In this document: positions 47,616 through 57,936 of the stretch, in pieces
Layout of the letters: the number at the start of each line of letters is the position of its first letter
Numbering within the stretch: the stretch's first letter is position 1
Assembly: GCA_014240285.1 (NCBI GenBank)
Contig: JAAZXI010000001.1
Location: forward strand, 15,593-79,592
Length of the DNA stretch: 64,000 nt
Origin: Methanobacteriota archaeon
GTDB taxonomy: Archaea; Thermoplasmatota; Poseidoniia; Poseidoniales; Thalassarchaeaceae
Direction: 5' to 3'
Made by a program: the position numbers and the translations under genes
Notes under the pieces: generated by a model
Told to the model about the DNA's origin: nothing
Seen by the model: the letters and a program-made list of their open reading frames with translations, nothing else
The model's database searches: none

Positions 47616-48884
47616 ATGTCCGACTGGCTTGCTCCAATCACCACTGCGGAATCGGTCACAGCAGGCCATCCGGACAAGCTCTGCGATTCCATCTCTGACG
47701 CAATCCTTGACGCCTGCCTGACTATCGATTCAGAGGCTAGAGTCGCAGTGGAGACACTGGTCAAGGGCATGGAGGGCAAGGCGGCAATAGTGCTCGCAGG
47801 CGAGGTCAGCTTGAACGGCACAGCCCCTGACTACGAGGCAATAGCCCGCAATACTGCAGCCTCGATAGGTTACACGGACCACTCCATTGGCATGGACGCC
47901 ACTTCCCCCGAACTCTGTAAGGTCCACACCTACATCACCACCCAATCAGAGTACATCAGCCAGGGCATTGATGGCGACCTAGACTCTCAAGGAGCAGGCG
48001 ACCAGGGGATAATGTTCGGATATGCCTGCAACGAAACCGAGGACACGGCCGAACTGCGCGGGAGACACTTCCCGATTGCTGCTGCACTCTCTCAGAGATT
48101 GACCCGCCGCCTAGACATCATCCAGCGCGCCAAAAAGATTCCATGGATGCGCCCGGATGGCAAGAGTCAGGTCTCGATTCACCTCGATGGCAACAGGATC
48201 CACGAGGGCGATGGGATGCGTTACCCCCAGCACGTCAACAATGTCGTGATAGCAGTGCAGCACGCAAGGGATGCTGGCGGTTTGGCAGAGGATGCCCAGA
48301 GGGAGTTCATCCGAGATACCGTCTGGGAGCAGGTGGTCAAGCATGCTATCCCGGAGCGCTGGTTGGATGGATTCGACACTAGCAACCTCATCGTCAACGG
48401 CACCGGCTCATTCCCTGACCCGGGCGGCCCGTACTCGGATGCCGGACTCACCGGTCGCAAGATCATCGTCGACACGTACGGCGGTGGGAAACACGGTGGA
48501 GGGGCATTCAGCGGCAAGGACCCATCCAAGGTAGATCGCTCGGCTGCATACAATGCTAGATGGGCAGCCAAGCATGTAGTAGCAGCGGGTCTGGCGGACC
48601 GATGCGAGATCCAAGTTTCCTACGCTATCGGGAGGGCGCAGCCGATTGGGTTACTCGCAAACACCTTTGGAACTGGCAGCATCTCTGACCTGGAACTGTC
48701 CAACAGAATCCTGAATGTGTTCGACTGGAGGCCGGCTGGGATGATTAGGGATCTCGATTTGAAGCGACCAATCTACCTAGCCACAGCCTCAGGCGGACAC
48801 TTCGGTCGCAGCCCGACCGAGGACGGGCACTTCCCGTGGGAGCGAATCCACGAGGATAGACTAGAAGCCCTCAGAAGCGAATGA
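47616..48884 (+). CDS. metK: S-adenosylmethionine synthetase, bacterial/eukaryotic type
   Basis: N-terminal GHPDKLCDSISDAILDA. Confidence 0.9.
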   Translation: MSDWLAPITTAESVTAGHPDKLCDSISDAILDACLTIDSEARVAVETLVKGMEGKAAIVLAGEVSLNGTAPDYEAIARNTAASIGYTDHSIGMDATSPELCKVHTYITTQSEYISQGIDGDLDSQGAGDQGIMFGYACNETEDTAELRGRHFPIAAALSQRLTRRLDIIQRAKKIPWMRPDGKSQVSIHLDGNRIHEGDGMRYPQHVNNVVIAVQHARDAGGLAEDAQREFIRDTVWEQVVKHAIPERWLDGFDTSNLIVNGTGSFPDPGGPYSDAGLTGRKIIVDTYGGGKHGGGAFSGKDPSKVDRSAAYNARWAAKHVVAAGLADRCEIQVSYAIGRAQPIGLLANTFGTGSISDLELSNRILNVFDWRPAGMIRDLDLKRPIYLATASGGHFGRSPTEDGHFPWERIHEDRLEALRSE

Positions 48885-50105
48885 GTCCAATCGCGTCTGA
48901 CGACCTCTCTTGACGAACCAGCTGTTACGCAGGTCGTCAGGGGCTGATACTCGCGGAGAGACGTAGTTGATGGCTTGCTTGAGCGAGTCGAACTGCCTCG
49001 CAGTCCCTTTCATCGCCTCACGAACAGTCTCTCGAATCAGCCAGACTCCGACTGGCGCCCAGTATTCCGGACCGATATCTCGCCAGATCAGGCAGGCTCC
49101 CGAGCGCCGCATCGAATCCATATGCTCGAGCACACCCAGTCTAGCCGAATAGTAGGCTCCAGTTATCTGGTGCGCGTACTCGGTGCGCGGTTTGAGATCC
49201 TCCCAATCTCCCAACACCTTCCCCGTACCGGTCCAAACGCTGCCCCGAGTCCAGGCTTCTAGCATGTGGAAGGCCCACAGGCCAGGTGTCAGGATGATAT
49301 GGAATATATTGTCAAGATAAGTGGCTTCGTAGACCAGCACTTTATCGAGTGAAGGATGGTCCCTTACCCTGTCCCAAAGCCGCTTGCCAAGCATGTCGTC
49401 AGTAGCCGTGATGCCCCAACGTGTGGGAACCAGTTTCCTACTACCTTCTCTGCCAAGAAGCCCGGAAGAGAGCAGGCGCGAGATCTGCGCTTCTCCAATA
49501 GAGGCCTCAGTCAACTCCTCCATCGCATCGACAGCCAACAGATCTTCCTCGTTGGCTATCGAGTCCACCTTCCTTGGGATACTGGCATGTCCGACCACTT
49601 CGGCACGCAGCACCTCGCCTGAAGGTCCTAAGGGAGTGCTCATGCTATCGAAAGTGGGATTCCTCCCGACCATAATTGGCTTGGCGAAATCGAGTTCAAC
49701 GTCAACACTTTTCTCAGCCATCGCTATCTCTTGGGTGGTCTCTAGCATCGCACCGGGAGAAGAGGTGCTGTTGACAGGCATTACACTGCCACCTGTGATG
49801 AGATTAGCGTGACGGGCCGCAACCTCCTCCAGCGGCCTGCCGAATAGATCGGCTGGGTCGCCGCTGGCTAGAGGCGCGGCATTGGAGTCGTCAGGGACCC
49901 AAGCTGCGCTTGGACCTGCCCTGACATCGGGGTAGCCGTACCTGCCTACGAATAGCGCCGGCGGGCTAGGTCCTACCAGCTCGCTTACAGAGCCGGATTG
50001 CACCACTGGGAGCCTGCCCCGGATGTCAGCGAGCAGAGGGCACGGGGAGATGCCGCACATACCCCGAGTGCCACGGCACTCGATGCATTCGGGAAACATC
50101 ACCAT
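48861..50105 (-). CDS. Nre-family DNA repair protein-like
   Basis: N-terminal CIECRGTRGMCGISPCPLL zinc motif. Start taken at the internal ATG at 50105. Confidence 0.5.
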   Translation of the reverse strand: MVMFPECIECRGTRGMCGISPCPLLADIRGRLPVVQSGSVSELVGPSPPALFVGRYGYPDVRAGPSAAWVPDDSNAAPLASGDPADLFGRPLEEVAARHANLITGGSVMPVNSTSSPGAMLETTQEIAMAEKSVDVELDFAKPIMVGRNPTFDSMSTPLGPSGEVLRAEVVGHASIPRKVDSIANEEDLLAVDAMEELTEASIGEAQISRLLSSGLLGREGSRKLVPTRWGITATDDMLGKRLWDRVRDHPSLDKVLVYEATYLDNIFHIILTPGLWAFHMLEAWTRGSVWTGTGKVLGDWEDLKPRTEYAHQITGAYYSARLGVLEHMDSMRRSGACLIWRDIGPEYWAPVGVWLIRETVREAMKGTARQFDSLKQAINYVSPRVSAPDDLRNSWFVKRGRQTRLDSFASEGF

Positions 50106-50200
50106 GCAATCGCAATCGGATGCTCTTAGGCATACTGCTCTACGAACGCAGGAAGGCGGCATTCAAAGGGACGACTTCGCTCCGGCAGCTGGGGAGATAG

Positions 50201-50632
50201 ATGGCTAGGATTCCAGCGACCATCTTGCAGCATTTCATCGGTCTCTCGGACTACGAGCGCAGGCTAGCCATAGACAAGGCATCTAGAGAACTCGGCATGA
50301 CCGTCGAGCAGATAGAGGCCGAGATTGAGAATTTCCAGAAAGGTGACTTCAATCAGGATCAGCCTATCGCTGAATCCCCAGCTGAAGTGCCTCGCAGAAA
50401 GTCGATTTTCAATAGATCGAAGAAGCAGAAGGAGGGCGGTCCAGAGTTCGTCGACGACTCCCACAAATACCGATTCCGATACGACCCCAGCGTAGCCGGC
50501 AAGGCCCGTCAGGACAAGGCGACCCAAGCCATCTCATGCCCTCACTGCAAGGCTGCTCTCGGAATCCCAGATAAACGACCAATCAGGGTCACTTGCCCTG
50601 CTTGTATGATGGACTCGACCTTTGAGGACTGA
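50201..50632 (+). CDS. hypothetical protein with C-terminal zinc ribbon
   Basis: CPHC…CPAC. Confidence 0.4.
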   Translation: MARIPATILQHFIGLSDYERRLAIDKASRELGMTVEQIEAEIENFQKGDFNQDQPIAESPAEVPRRKSIFNRSKKQKEGGPEFVDDSHKYRFRYDPSVAGKARQDKATQAISCPHCKAALGIPDKRPIRVTCPACMMDSTFED

Positions 50633-51802
50633 TCAGACGCCCCAGAACCGATTTTCTCCAGTGACGCCTTCGTCCTCAGTCACTGATTGCACAGCTGTCC
50701 TCAGCAAGTAGTAGGCGATAATTGCGAACACCGGCATACCCCAAGTGTCTGAGACGTTCTGGTAGTCGAGGCTGAAGTCCGATCCTCCCATCTCTACGAG
50801 GATGACCACCAGTGAGGCCCTAGCGAAGAAGTACACCACACCCCCCAGGCCCAACAGCAGCACGCTGCGTCCGGTGAAGCTGCCCTCCTTCCATCTAAGC
50901 ACGCCCAGAGAAAGGGCGAACGAGAAGGCCGAGACAACGATCCACGTGAGGGCCTCGTTGATGGCTATGGCCCAGACGGTTACGTCCCTGTTCACGGCGT
51001 CGACGTTGAATTCGCCGCCTAGTCCGGCTACGTAACTGTCAATCTCGATGTTCGTGGCTGAGAAAACTTGGTAGGCGGTGAGGATGGATAGGAGTACCGA
51101 GACGATTGAGAGGCCCCAGAGTAGGGATGACCAGATTCCACCGGTGGCACTTTCCCGCATGTCAATCATCAGACGTTCCAGCTGCTGTTCCCAGCCAAGC
51201 CCCTTGGCTAGCACCCAGATACCGATGAACAGCGGCATTGCGCCGATGAGAGCACCACCACCTGGGATGATGAGTCCGAGACCAAGGATCATCAGGAAGA
51301 TGGCGACAGGAACCAGTAGTTTGGCTCGCCAACGCGGGTCGTCGATGGCCTTGGCGATGTAGTAGTAAGTACTCTCGATACCCTTGGACTGTCTAACAAT
51401 CACCTTCTCGACGTGATCGACCCGCACCCTTGAGGTGATTATGGGAAGCGAAGCCTCGTCATCCGCGCCATCGGTAATCAGGACAGCGGAGTCAGGCTGG
51501 AACTCCTGGATGACCTCGTCCAGTTGCATCGCGATGGCCCGGTCACTGCGTGGACCGACCCGTACATCGCCTGTCAGCAGGGCGATTTCTATCTCGTCAT
51601 TACCCTGAGCGTTCTCAACCAGCCTGTCATGATGGTGCAAGGCTCCCAAGATGGCGTTGGTGTCGGATTCTTCAGGATCGGCAATACCCAGTCGCAGTGC
51701 GGCCGTAAGGGTGGGCTTGCGACCGATGACGGGGCCTCTGATGCCGGCCTTCACTCCGAGGTCGTTGTCTCGGTCGACAGTCAGTACGAGAGTCCTCACC
51801 AT
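50633..51802 (-). CDS. DUF373-family archaeal membrane protein
   Basis: N-terminal LVLTVDRDNDLG plus a polytopic C-terminal half. Confidence 0.5.
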   Translation of the reverse strand: MVRTLVLTVDRDNDLGVKAGIRGPVIGRKPTLTAALRLGIADPEESDTNAILGALHHHDRLVENAQGNDEIEIALLTGDVRVGPRSDRAIAMQLDEVIQEFQPDSAVLITDGADDEASLPIITSRVRVDHVEKVIVRQSKGIESTYYYIAKAIDDPRWRAKLLVPVAIFLMILGLGLIIPGGGALIGAMPLFIGIWVLAKGLGWEQQLERLMIDMRESATGGIWSSLLWGLSIVSVLLSILTAYQVFSATNIEIDSYVAGLGGEFNVDAVNRDVTVWAIAINEALTWIVVSAFSFALSLGVLRWKEGSFTGRSVLLLGLGGVVYFFARASLVVILVEMGGSDFSLDYQNVSDTWGMPVFAIIAYYLLRTAVQSVTEDEGVTGENRFWGV

Positions 51803-51845
51803 GTCTATTCATCCGGTATGGGCCGCGATGTAGTGCTGGCCCATA

Positions 51846-53036
51846 TCAAGAATTGGCCGACTCGACCTCGTCCTCGGCGACTTCAGGCTCTTCCTTTGCC
51901 TGCGAACTCTCATGATAGCGGCTACGCTGCTTGGCTCTGATATACTTCAGCGGGTGGGTCAACCACTCCTGGTCGCACAGTCTGTCGTCGCCCGGCTGCA
52001 CCGGGCACCTAGCGGAGGTTTTCAGGGCGGCGCAGCCATGTGGTGTGTAGTCGCGCTCGTAGATTTGATTCACCTGGTAAGAGGTTGTGTCCGCGCTGTA
52101 GTCGGGGGCGTTGGCGAAGAACGAGCAGGTCTGCTCCTGCGACATCCCGATGGACTTCGAGAAGGCAGCTAGAAACACCCTCCCGGTATGGTTTACGTTA
52201 ACTCCCTGATTCAACTCGGAAACCGCCGACTCAAAGCATGGTGGCCAGTCATCCCTGACCGCAGCCGACATCGGCATCTCGGCCTCAACTTGCTCGGAGA
52301 GCAACCCAGTGATACGCTCGACCGGATCGGCGAACAGAGCCGCGAACTCCTCACTCATCTTGTCCATTCTGTCTGTGCAGGTCCGGTTCAGGTTCTCTCG
52401 GATTCTCTCCTTCAGCAACCTCGCAGTACGTTGCCTACTGCTCTCACCCACAGCAGCGTCCATGCAGACCCATCCTCTGATGACCGGTCGGTTGGCCAGA
52501 TGCCAGTAGGCGCCAGAGATTCTTGGACACAATTCGATGAAGTCAGCCATGGGAATCCAGTAAACCATCTCGTCAGAACCCGAGGCCATCTCGCTTCGAA
52601 TTCCCGACAGGTAAGAAGTTGCCAGCAGTTCGAAATTCTCCGAGTCCATGCCGAACAGCTGATCGGCCCTAGTCGCCTCACCCTCTATCCACCGAGCCAG
52701 CAATCTCTCGTTGAAGGAGGCGCAGACGACCAGCATAGCGTGCAGGAACGAAAGCACCTCGGTCATCCTACCCACTTCGGTCGATAGGTCGACAGTGGTC
52801 GCGATGTCAGCACCGTCCTTGTGCATCACACTGTCGAGCAGGCGCAGTCTACCGCGAGTTCTGATGTCCTCTAACCAAGGGGCCTCTATCAGATTCTCGA
52901 CTGAGATACCATTGTTCTCTAGTACGCTGCGCATGTGCTCCCTGCCTTGAGGCAGGAAAGGATAGCGAGCTAGCAGGACCTCGTCCTCCACCGATGGTAG
53001 TGCAAGCGGCATCGGCATTGGCAAGCAGTGGGCCAC
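51846..53036 (-). CDS. priL: DNA primase large subunit
   Basis: C-terminal Fe-S Cys residues (WPPCF, HGCAALKTSARC…LC). Confidence 0.6.
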   Translation of the reverse strand: MAHCLPMPMPLALPSVEDEVLLARYPFLPQGREHMRSVLENNGISVENLIEAPWLEDIRTRGRLRLLDSVMHKDGADIATTVDLSTEVGRMTEVLSFLHAMLVVCASFNERLLARWIEGEATRADQLFGMDSENFELLATSYLSGIRSEMASGSDEMVYWIPMADFIELCPRISGAYWHLANRPVIRGWVCMDAAVGESSRQRTARLLKERIRENLNRTCTDRMDKMSEEFAALFADPVERITGLLSEQVEAEMPMSAAVRDDWPPCFESAVSELNQGVNVNHTGRVFLAAFSKSIGMSQEQTCSFFANAPDYSADTTSYQVNQIYERDYTPHGCAALKTSARCPVQPGDDRLCDQEWLTHPLKYIRAKQRSRYHESSQAKEEPEVAEDEVESANS

Positions 53037-53083
53037 GAGGGTTATTCAACACTCACCGTGCCCTTCTACTGGAGCGAGGCCAG

Positions 53084-53839
53084 ATGAATAGACCGACCGA
53101 CCTGCTTCCCGTCGACGACGAACTGCTCGCTATCCAGACGGAGGTACGAGAGCACTTCGGATGGAAACTCGACACCGACACCAGCAGCGCTAGATCCATG
53201 CTCGAAGCAGTTGAGGCGTCGCAGATCGACAACTGGACCCGCCCACGCAGGGCCGCCAACGTTGCGGGCCTGATTAGAAGGATGGTGCTCAGACCCACTG
53301 AAGTCGCAGTCCTCGGTGCGGCCGTGGAAGCCGACGAGGTCTTGCAAGTGCTTGAGCGCCCGACTCTCCTAGTCGCTGCCGACGGCTCCGCGGGTGTTCT
53401 CTCGACACTGCCCGATTCGACGGCGGAGAGAGCTTGGTCGCGCCTAGCATGCATCGTCAGCGACGGCGACGGCGGCCAAGGAACCCTCGAGGCAGTCAAG
53501 CGGGGCATACCAGTCTTCCTGCACGCCCACGGCGACAACTTCGCCGAGTGGGAGTCACTACTGGAGATAGCAGCAGGGACAGCAACGCCCTCGCCTCTGG
53601 TGCTGACTCATCAAACTCCTACAACAATTCCGGGTATGCACAACCCTGGTGGATTCACCGACGGCGACAGGGCCGCTTGCGTGGTCCGCTCTATGGGCGT
53701 GCCTAACGAGGCGATTACGATGCTGGGTACTAGGATCGATGTCGTAGGCAGGTGGTCGGGAGTGACTGATCCTGATACCAAGATGCAGAAGCTTCAGTGG
53801 ATGGACAGGGTCCTGCGGACCCTACAAATCGATTACTAG
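53084..53839 (+). CDS. MptE-like (DUF115) putative 6-hydroxymethylpterin diphosphokinase
   Basis: VAADGSAG…IVSDGDGG…HAHGDN. Start taken at the internal ATG at 53084. Assignment is tentative. Confidence 0.4.
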   Translation: MNRPTDLLPVDDELLAIQTEVREHFGWKLDTDTSSARSMLEAVEASQIDNWTRPRRAANVAGLIRRMVLRPTEVAVLGAAVEADEVLQVLERPTLLVAADGSAGVLSTLPDSTAERAWSRLACIVSDGDGGQGTLEAVKRGIPVFLHAHGDNFAEWESLLEIAAGTATPSPLVLTHQTPTTIPGMHNPGGFTDGDRAACVVRSMGVPNEAITMLGTRIDVVGRWSGVTDPDTKMQKLQWMDRVLRTLQIDY

Positions 53840-56800
53840 ACGAAGTCGTTGAGTGTCATCACGGTGACCGTGTCGTCGTTGAACAGCGAGTCAACGCTGT
53901 CAGTCATCCAATCAACGCGCTGTTTGGTGTAATCGTCGACGCCGTACCTCTCGATGACGTTCCGGGTAATCTCGATGTACTTGCGAACCGCTCCCTCGGA
54001 GACTGTCAGAACAACATTGCCCCCGCACAGGGTGCTGTCACCGTCTCTCGAACCGGCTAGACCACCACCTGTCGAAACAGTCTGTATGCATCTGCCGGCT
54101 AGCGGCATCCTGCGGTACGAAGCGGCACACTTGACGCAGCGAACCTTCTGACGTGTGAAGGCCATGAGATTTCCACGCAGGTCAGGAAGGAAGTGGGATT
54201 CGATGACCTGCGAGGCTACGCGCTGCGCACTGACAGGTCTCAGATTAGTTCCGAGAGCCAACTGAGCGAGCATTTTGTCCTCCATCGTCTTGAGGGTCTT
54301 GTACGACGAGTTCTTCGGGCCGGCGTCGAGTCGACCCGAGTCATGAGTCCAACCGTACCCGCGAATCTCCCCTACAGCACCAACCCTGTTACTGACCAAG
54401 TCGACGAGACCCTCTATCTCGCTAGGGTGCGGCTGCGACTTCGTCGCTTCGTAGAAGGCTCGGCTGTAGGACCACGAGCAGTCGACGTTGAGAGCCTCCT
54501 TGTCTATCTCGCTCGGATTGATGCGTGTGCTCAGTACCAGCGGAGCGTCCATTCGGCCGCCCCTGCCCGCTGGCAAAATCAATTTTGAGAAGTTTAGCAG
54601 ACCGTCTAGCAGCATCATCAAACTGTCCTCATCACCGTCACAGTTTCGCCGCTTCGCGGCATGGAACAGTGGATGGGCATATCCGGCAGAGGCACTGGTC
54701 CATCCGATGATTCGACACAGCACACCACCCGACGTGTGCGGCGCGAGACCAATAGCCAGATGACCCACCAAATCGGACTCGTCAGCGGCCTCATAGAAGG
54801 GAGCCATCTCGTAGAACCGTACCAACAGGTCGTCGACGAAACGGCATATGTTCAGGAGGTGTTCTTTGGCTAGAATCGAAGGCACGAAGTCCTGCGGTAG
54901 AAGTTCAAGCATCTGCTCGTCCGAATCGAGAGGTGCACCGAAGATATCGTGAGAATATCCCAGATCGTGCAGCTTGTTCCAAGGGGTGCCAATTTCACTA
55001 GGTTTGAAATGAGTAATCGGAACATCGCTCATGTCGTAGCGCGAGGTTCCATCGCGGAACACCGAGACCCCGTGCTTTGCTCGCAGTAACCCCTTTTCTA
55101 TCGGCTCGGGCGTCTGTCCTATCGAAATCAGGCCCTTGACTGCTTTGATTCTGTTCGGCAACCTGTCTAGGCCGAGCGCACGCCTCTTGACTTCTAGAAT
55201 GCCGCCGAGTGGAACACTGGTTCTTTGCCCCATCCTACGCCTGAACTGCCCGCTTCGACGCTTGCTCGCCTGGGTGCGTCCCCCACACTCAATCGCCTCG
55301 CCTGAGACTAGTCGGTTGTGACATCTCAGATGGGGGGACTCCTGCCCGCACTTTTCGCACACACGCGGCCCCATTTCGACCCGGATGACACCTTGGCCGG
55401 CGGCCTGCCCCAGCAGTCGCTGCGGACCCCCATTCTCGCCTATCGGGTATAGAGCGTGGACCATTGGCTTCATCTCGCGCGCGCCGGCTTTCTCCGGCCG
55501 ACCCATGCGTGAGCCCACCCTGCAGGGCGCAGAGTCCTCCCAGCGCAGTTTGGACAGACGCCTGACTAGCCAAAGCGAACGATCGACTTCGTGTTCGTCC
55601 AGCAGAACCCGGGCAGCCCGGAGGGCTGCGAGGTCATCAGGCCCGGAGTCGTCGATCTCCTCCGCAGCGGCCCGACCAGCGGTATCGGTATCTTGTATGC
55701 CGAGTCCTTCCTGCCTCGCTGCTGTTTCGGCCTTCATCCTGACGACCGCTCTCCGGCCTTCCAGATCCGCCCGACGAGCGTTCTCCTGTGTGATGACCGC
55801 CGTCGCTTTGCGAATCCTGCCTACTCTGTCTTCGATATGTGGTCCCGCCTCGACTGCGACACGCACGGATCCGTTGTGGACCTCGAGCCCGAGACCCTCG
55901 ACCAGTCCCTCCCAGTGCGATGCTATCACGATGTCATCGCCCTCGTGGTAATGCTCGACCCCAAGGGTCATCAGAGCAGATTTCAGGATGCCGTGATTGT
56001 GCACCATGGTCCATCGGGGCCAGACTCCGGTGGAGGGGGTCGGTAGCCCAATGTCCTCGACGAAGGTGTCTGGAGACCAAGCAGCGGCGCCATCGTGTAA
56101 GCGCAGCCCTCCGTCTTCAAAGGACGAACTCACAAGCGCCTCAATGACCGCGGGAGCGAACGACATCGGCAGGTCTGACCACCACAGGTTCCACGGTGGT
56201 GGAACCGCCGCGCCGTATTCCAGATTCATGGCTCGCGCAGATTCCCACTCCACCTCCAAATCGCGCAGGAACAGGAACCAGTCTCGCCGGCGCCAACTGC
56301 GATCAAGAGTGCTCTCGCCACCTCGTTTGATAGCACCGTTGAAGGGTATTCCAGATGGAAGTTCGGACCTATCGACTCCAAGAATCTTAGCGAAACCGTC
56401 GACCTTGTCGGGATGATCTAGGGAATCCGAGAGGTCGGCTGACCACCAATCTCGGTTGTAGGCCGAGGGGACAAGTTCCTTGTTGTTCTCAAGGAACTCG
56501 CCGAAGCCAGACAGTATCTCTCCAGAGTCCCAGATGCTGAGGACTTCCTGAGAGCATCCCTCCCATTCTTCGATAGTAGAGATTCTGCGGAAGGAACCGT
56601 CTCTGAGTAGGACTGTAGGCCCGTCGATATCGATACATGGGGTCACTGCGCAGGCCTTTCCGGGCCTTTCCGTCTTCATCTGGGTCCCAACGGATAGAAA
56701 TCCCCCTAGAGCCTGCATCGAGACCGGGTTCACTCCGGCGGCGGCGAGCCCGGAGGCACGACTCCTACCGTATCTGAGTCTGAACCCACCAGGCTCACAG

Positions 56801-57801
56801 GGCTCGCCGAAGACCGGCCGCCCGGCGATGACGTCCTCCATGTACCGGCCCACTTTGCCTATCTCGCGCTTCTTAATGCCGCTAGCAGCATCGCTCTTGC
56901 CCTTGCCGGCGAACTGGGCTATGAAGTCCCATCCAGGTATCTCCAACCTTGTGGTATGCTTGAGAATCTTCGGAGCCTTGAGGCACAGCCCCTCTCCGAT
57001 GACCAGCATCACGCCTCCTCGAATTCTTGTACGGGGAGAGTCGTTCGAATTCACGATGTTACGGACCTCTTTGTAGCCTGCACACTCCTGTTTCTCAGTC
57101 TCCTCTCCGTTGACCATCACCGGGCAGGCCCGCACGATGACCTCTATCTCCTCAGGGGGTGGCTTGTACTGCAGGCCGACGCGGTATAGGCCGAACTCCT
57201 CCTTGACTCGCTCCACCTCAGGTGTAGTCGGGACGTACCTGCCGATGCCGAGCTCACGACGGATCATGTCACCAATCAAGACTCCCAACGCCTGGGCTGT
57301 ACCTCCAGCTGCTCGAATCGGGCCAGCGTAGTCTATCGATAGGAATTCTGAACCATCGGCGTTGTTCATGATGCGGACGCCGCCGATGCCCTCGAGCGGT
57401 GCCACCAGAACCGCTTCGGTCAGCACCGCGAGACCGACTCTAAGTCCTGAATCTATGGCCTTGGTGATGTCACTGGTCCTAGCGTGCATCCTCCGTGCTA
57501 CATCGAGCGCTATCTCGATGGCTGCAGTCTCTCTGTCGGAGGTCCTCAGGAGGTTCCGCAGGTCGTCTTCTATGCTCATCCCATCGAGATACTCCTCAAG
57601 CAGCTTCTCGGTTCTGCTAGCGAGGTCGGCGGTACGCGGGATTTCAACCTCATCTGAGAAATCAAGGCCCTTGGCCTTGGCCTCGCCGGCGATGAGAAAG
57701 ACTTCGTCTGCGCGTCGGTCCAACCAACTCTGATACGACGTGCGCTCGCCGTTCAGGCGAGCCTCGTCGTACTCCGCAACACGCCTCTTATCCGAACTCA
57801 T
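53836..57801 (-). CDS. polC: DNA polymerase II (PolD) large subunit DP2
   Basis: 1321 aa. It has DP2-specific conserved blocks and C-terminal Zn-finger Cys clusters (CEKCG…C; CVKCAA…C). Confidence 0.85.
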   Translation of the reverse strand: MSSDKRRVAEYDEARLNGERTSYQSWLDRRADEVFLIAGEAKAKGLDFSDEVEIPRTADLASRTEKLLEEYLDGMSIEDDLRNLLRTSDRETAAIEIALDVARRMHARTSDITKAIDSGLRVGLAVLTEAVLVAPLEGIGGVRIMNNADGSEFLSIDYAGPIRAAGGTAQALGVLIGDMIRRELGIGRYVPTTPEVERVKEEFGLYRVGLQYKPPPEEIEVIVRACPVMVNGEETEKQECAGYKEVRNIVNSNDSPRTRIRGGVMLVIGEGLCLKAPKILKHTTRLEIPGWDFIAQFAGKGKSDAASGIKKREIGKVGRYMEDVIAGRPVFGEPCEPGGFRLRYGRSRASGLAAAGVNPVSMQALGGFLSVGTQMKTERPGKACAVTPCIDIDGPTVLLRDGSFRRISTIEEWEGCSQEVLSIWDSGEILSGFGEFLENNKELVPSAYNRDWWSADLSDSLDHPDKVDGFAKILGVDRSELPSGIPFNGAIKRGGESTLDRSWRRRDWFLFLRDLEVEWESARAMNLEYGAAVPPPWNLWWSDLPMSFAPAVIEALVSSSFEDGGLRLHDGAAAWSPDTFVEDIGLPTPSTGVWPRWTMVHNHGILKSALMTLGVEHYHEGDDIVIASHWEGLVEGLGLEVHNGSVRVAVEAGPHIEDRVGRIRKATAVITQENARRADLEGRRAVVRMKAETAARQEGLGIQDTDTAGRAAAEEIDDSGPDDLAALRAARVLLDEHEVDRSLWLVRRLSKLRWEDSAPCRVGSRMGRPEKAGAREMKPMVHALYPIGENGGPQRLLGQAAGQGVIRVEMGPRVCEKCGQESPHLRCHNRLVSGEAIECGGRTQASKRRSGQFRRRMGQRTSVPLGGILEVKRRALGLDRLPNRIKAVKGLISIGQTPEPIEKGLLRAKHGVSVFRDGTSRYDMSDVPITHFKPSEIGTPWNKLHDLGYSHDIFGAPLDSDEQMLELLPQDFVPSILAKEHLLNICRFVDDLLVRFYEMAPFYEAADESDLVGHLAIGLAPHTSGGVLCRIIGWTSASAGYAHPLFHAAKRRNCDGDEDSLMMLLDGLLNFSKLILPAGRGGRMDAPLVLSTRINPSEIDKEALNVDCSWSYSRAFYEATKSQPHPSEIEGLVDLVSNRVGAVGEIRGYGWTHDSGRLDAGPKNSSYKTLKTMEDKMLAQLALGTNLRPVSAQRVASQVIESHFLPDLRGNLMAFTRQKVRCVKCAASYRRMPLAGRCIQTVSTGGGLAGSRDGDSTLCGGNVVLTVSEGAVRKYIEITRNVIERYGVDDYTKQRVDWMTDSVDSLFNDDTVTVMTLNDFV

Positions 57802-57936
57802 GTATACACGCTCCGCTGCTGAACATCCTCATACTGTTGGAGGCCGTCCAAGAACATTCACCGAAATGCCCGCCAATCTGCCTGTCCGGAGTGCGAACCT
57901 TCATCCGACCCCTGCCGAGCCGAAGCGAAGGAGAAG

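Noticed and set aside
55900-56800. Possible intein in DP2 (a CIDIDGPTVLL segment resembling intein block A)
   Set aside because: No matching C-terminal HN followed by Cys, Ser or Thr. Total length of 1321 aa is within the normal DP2 range.
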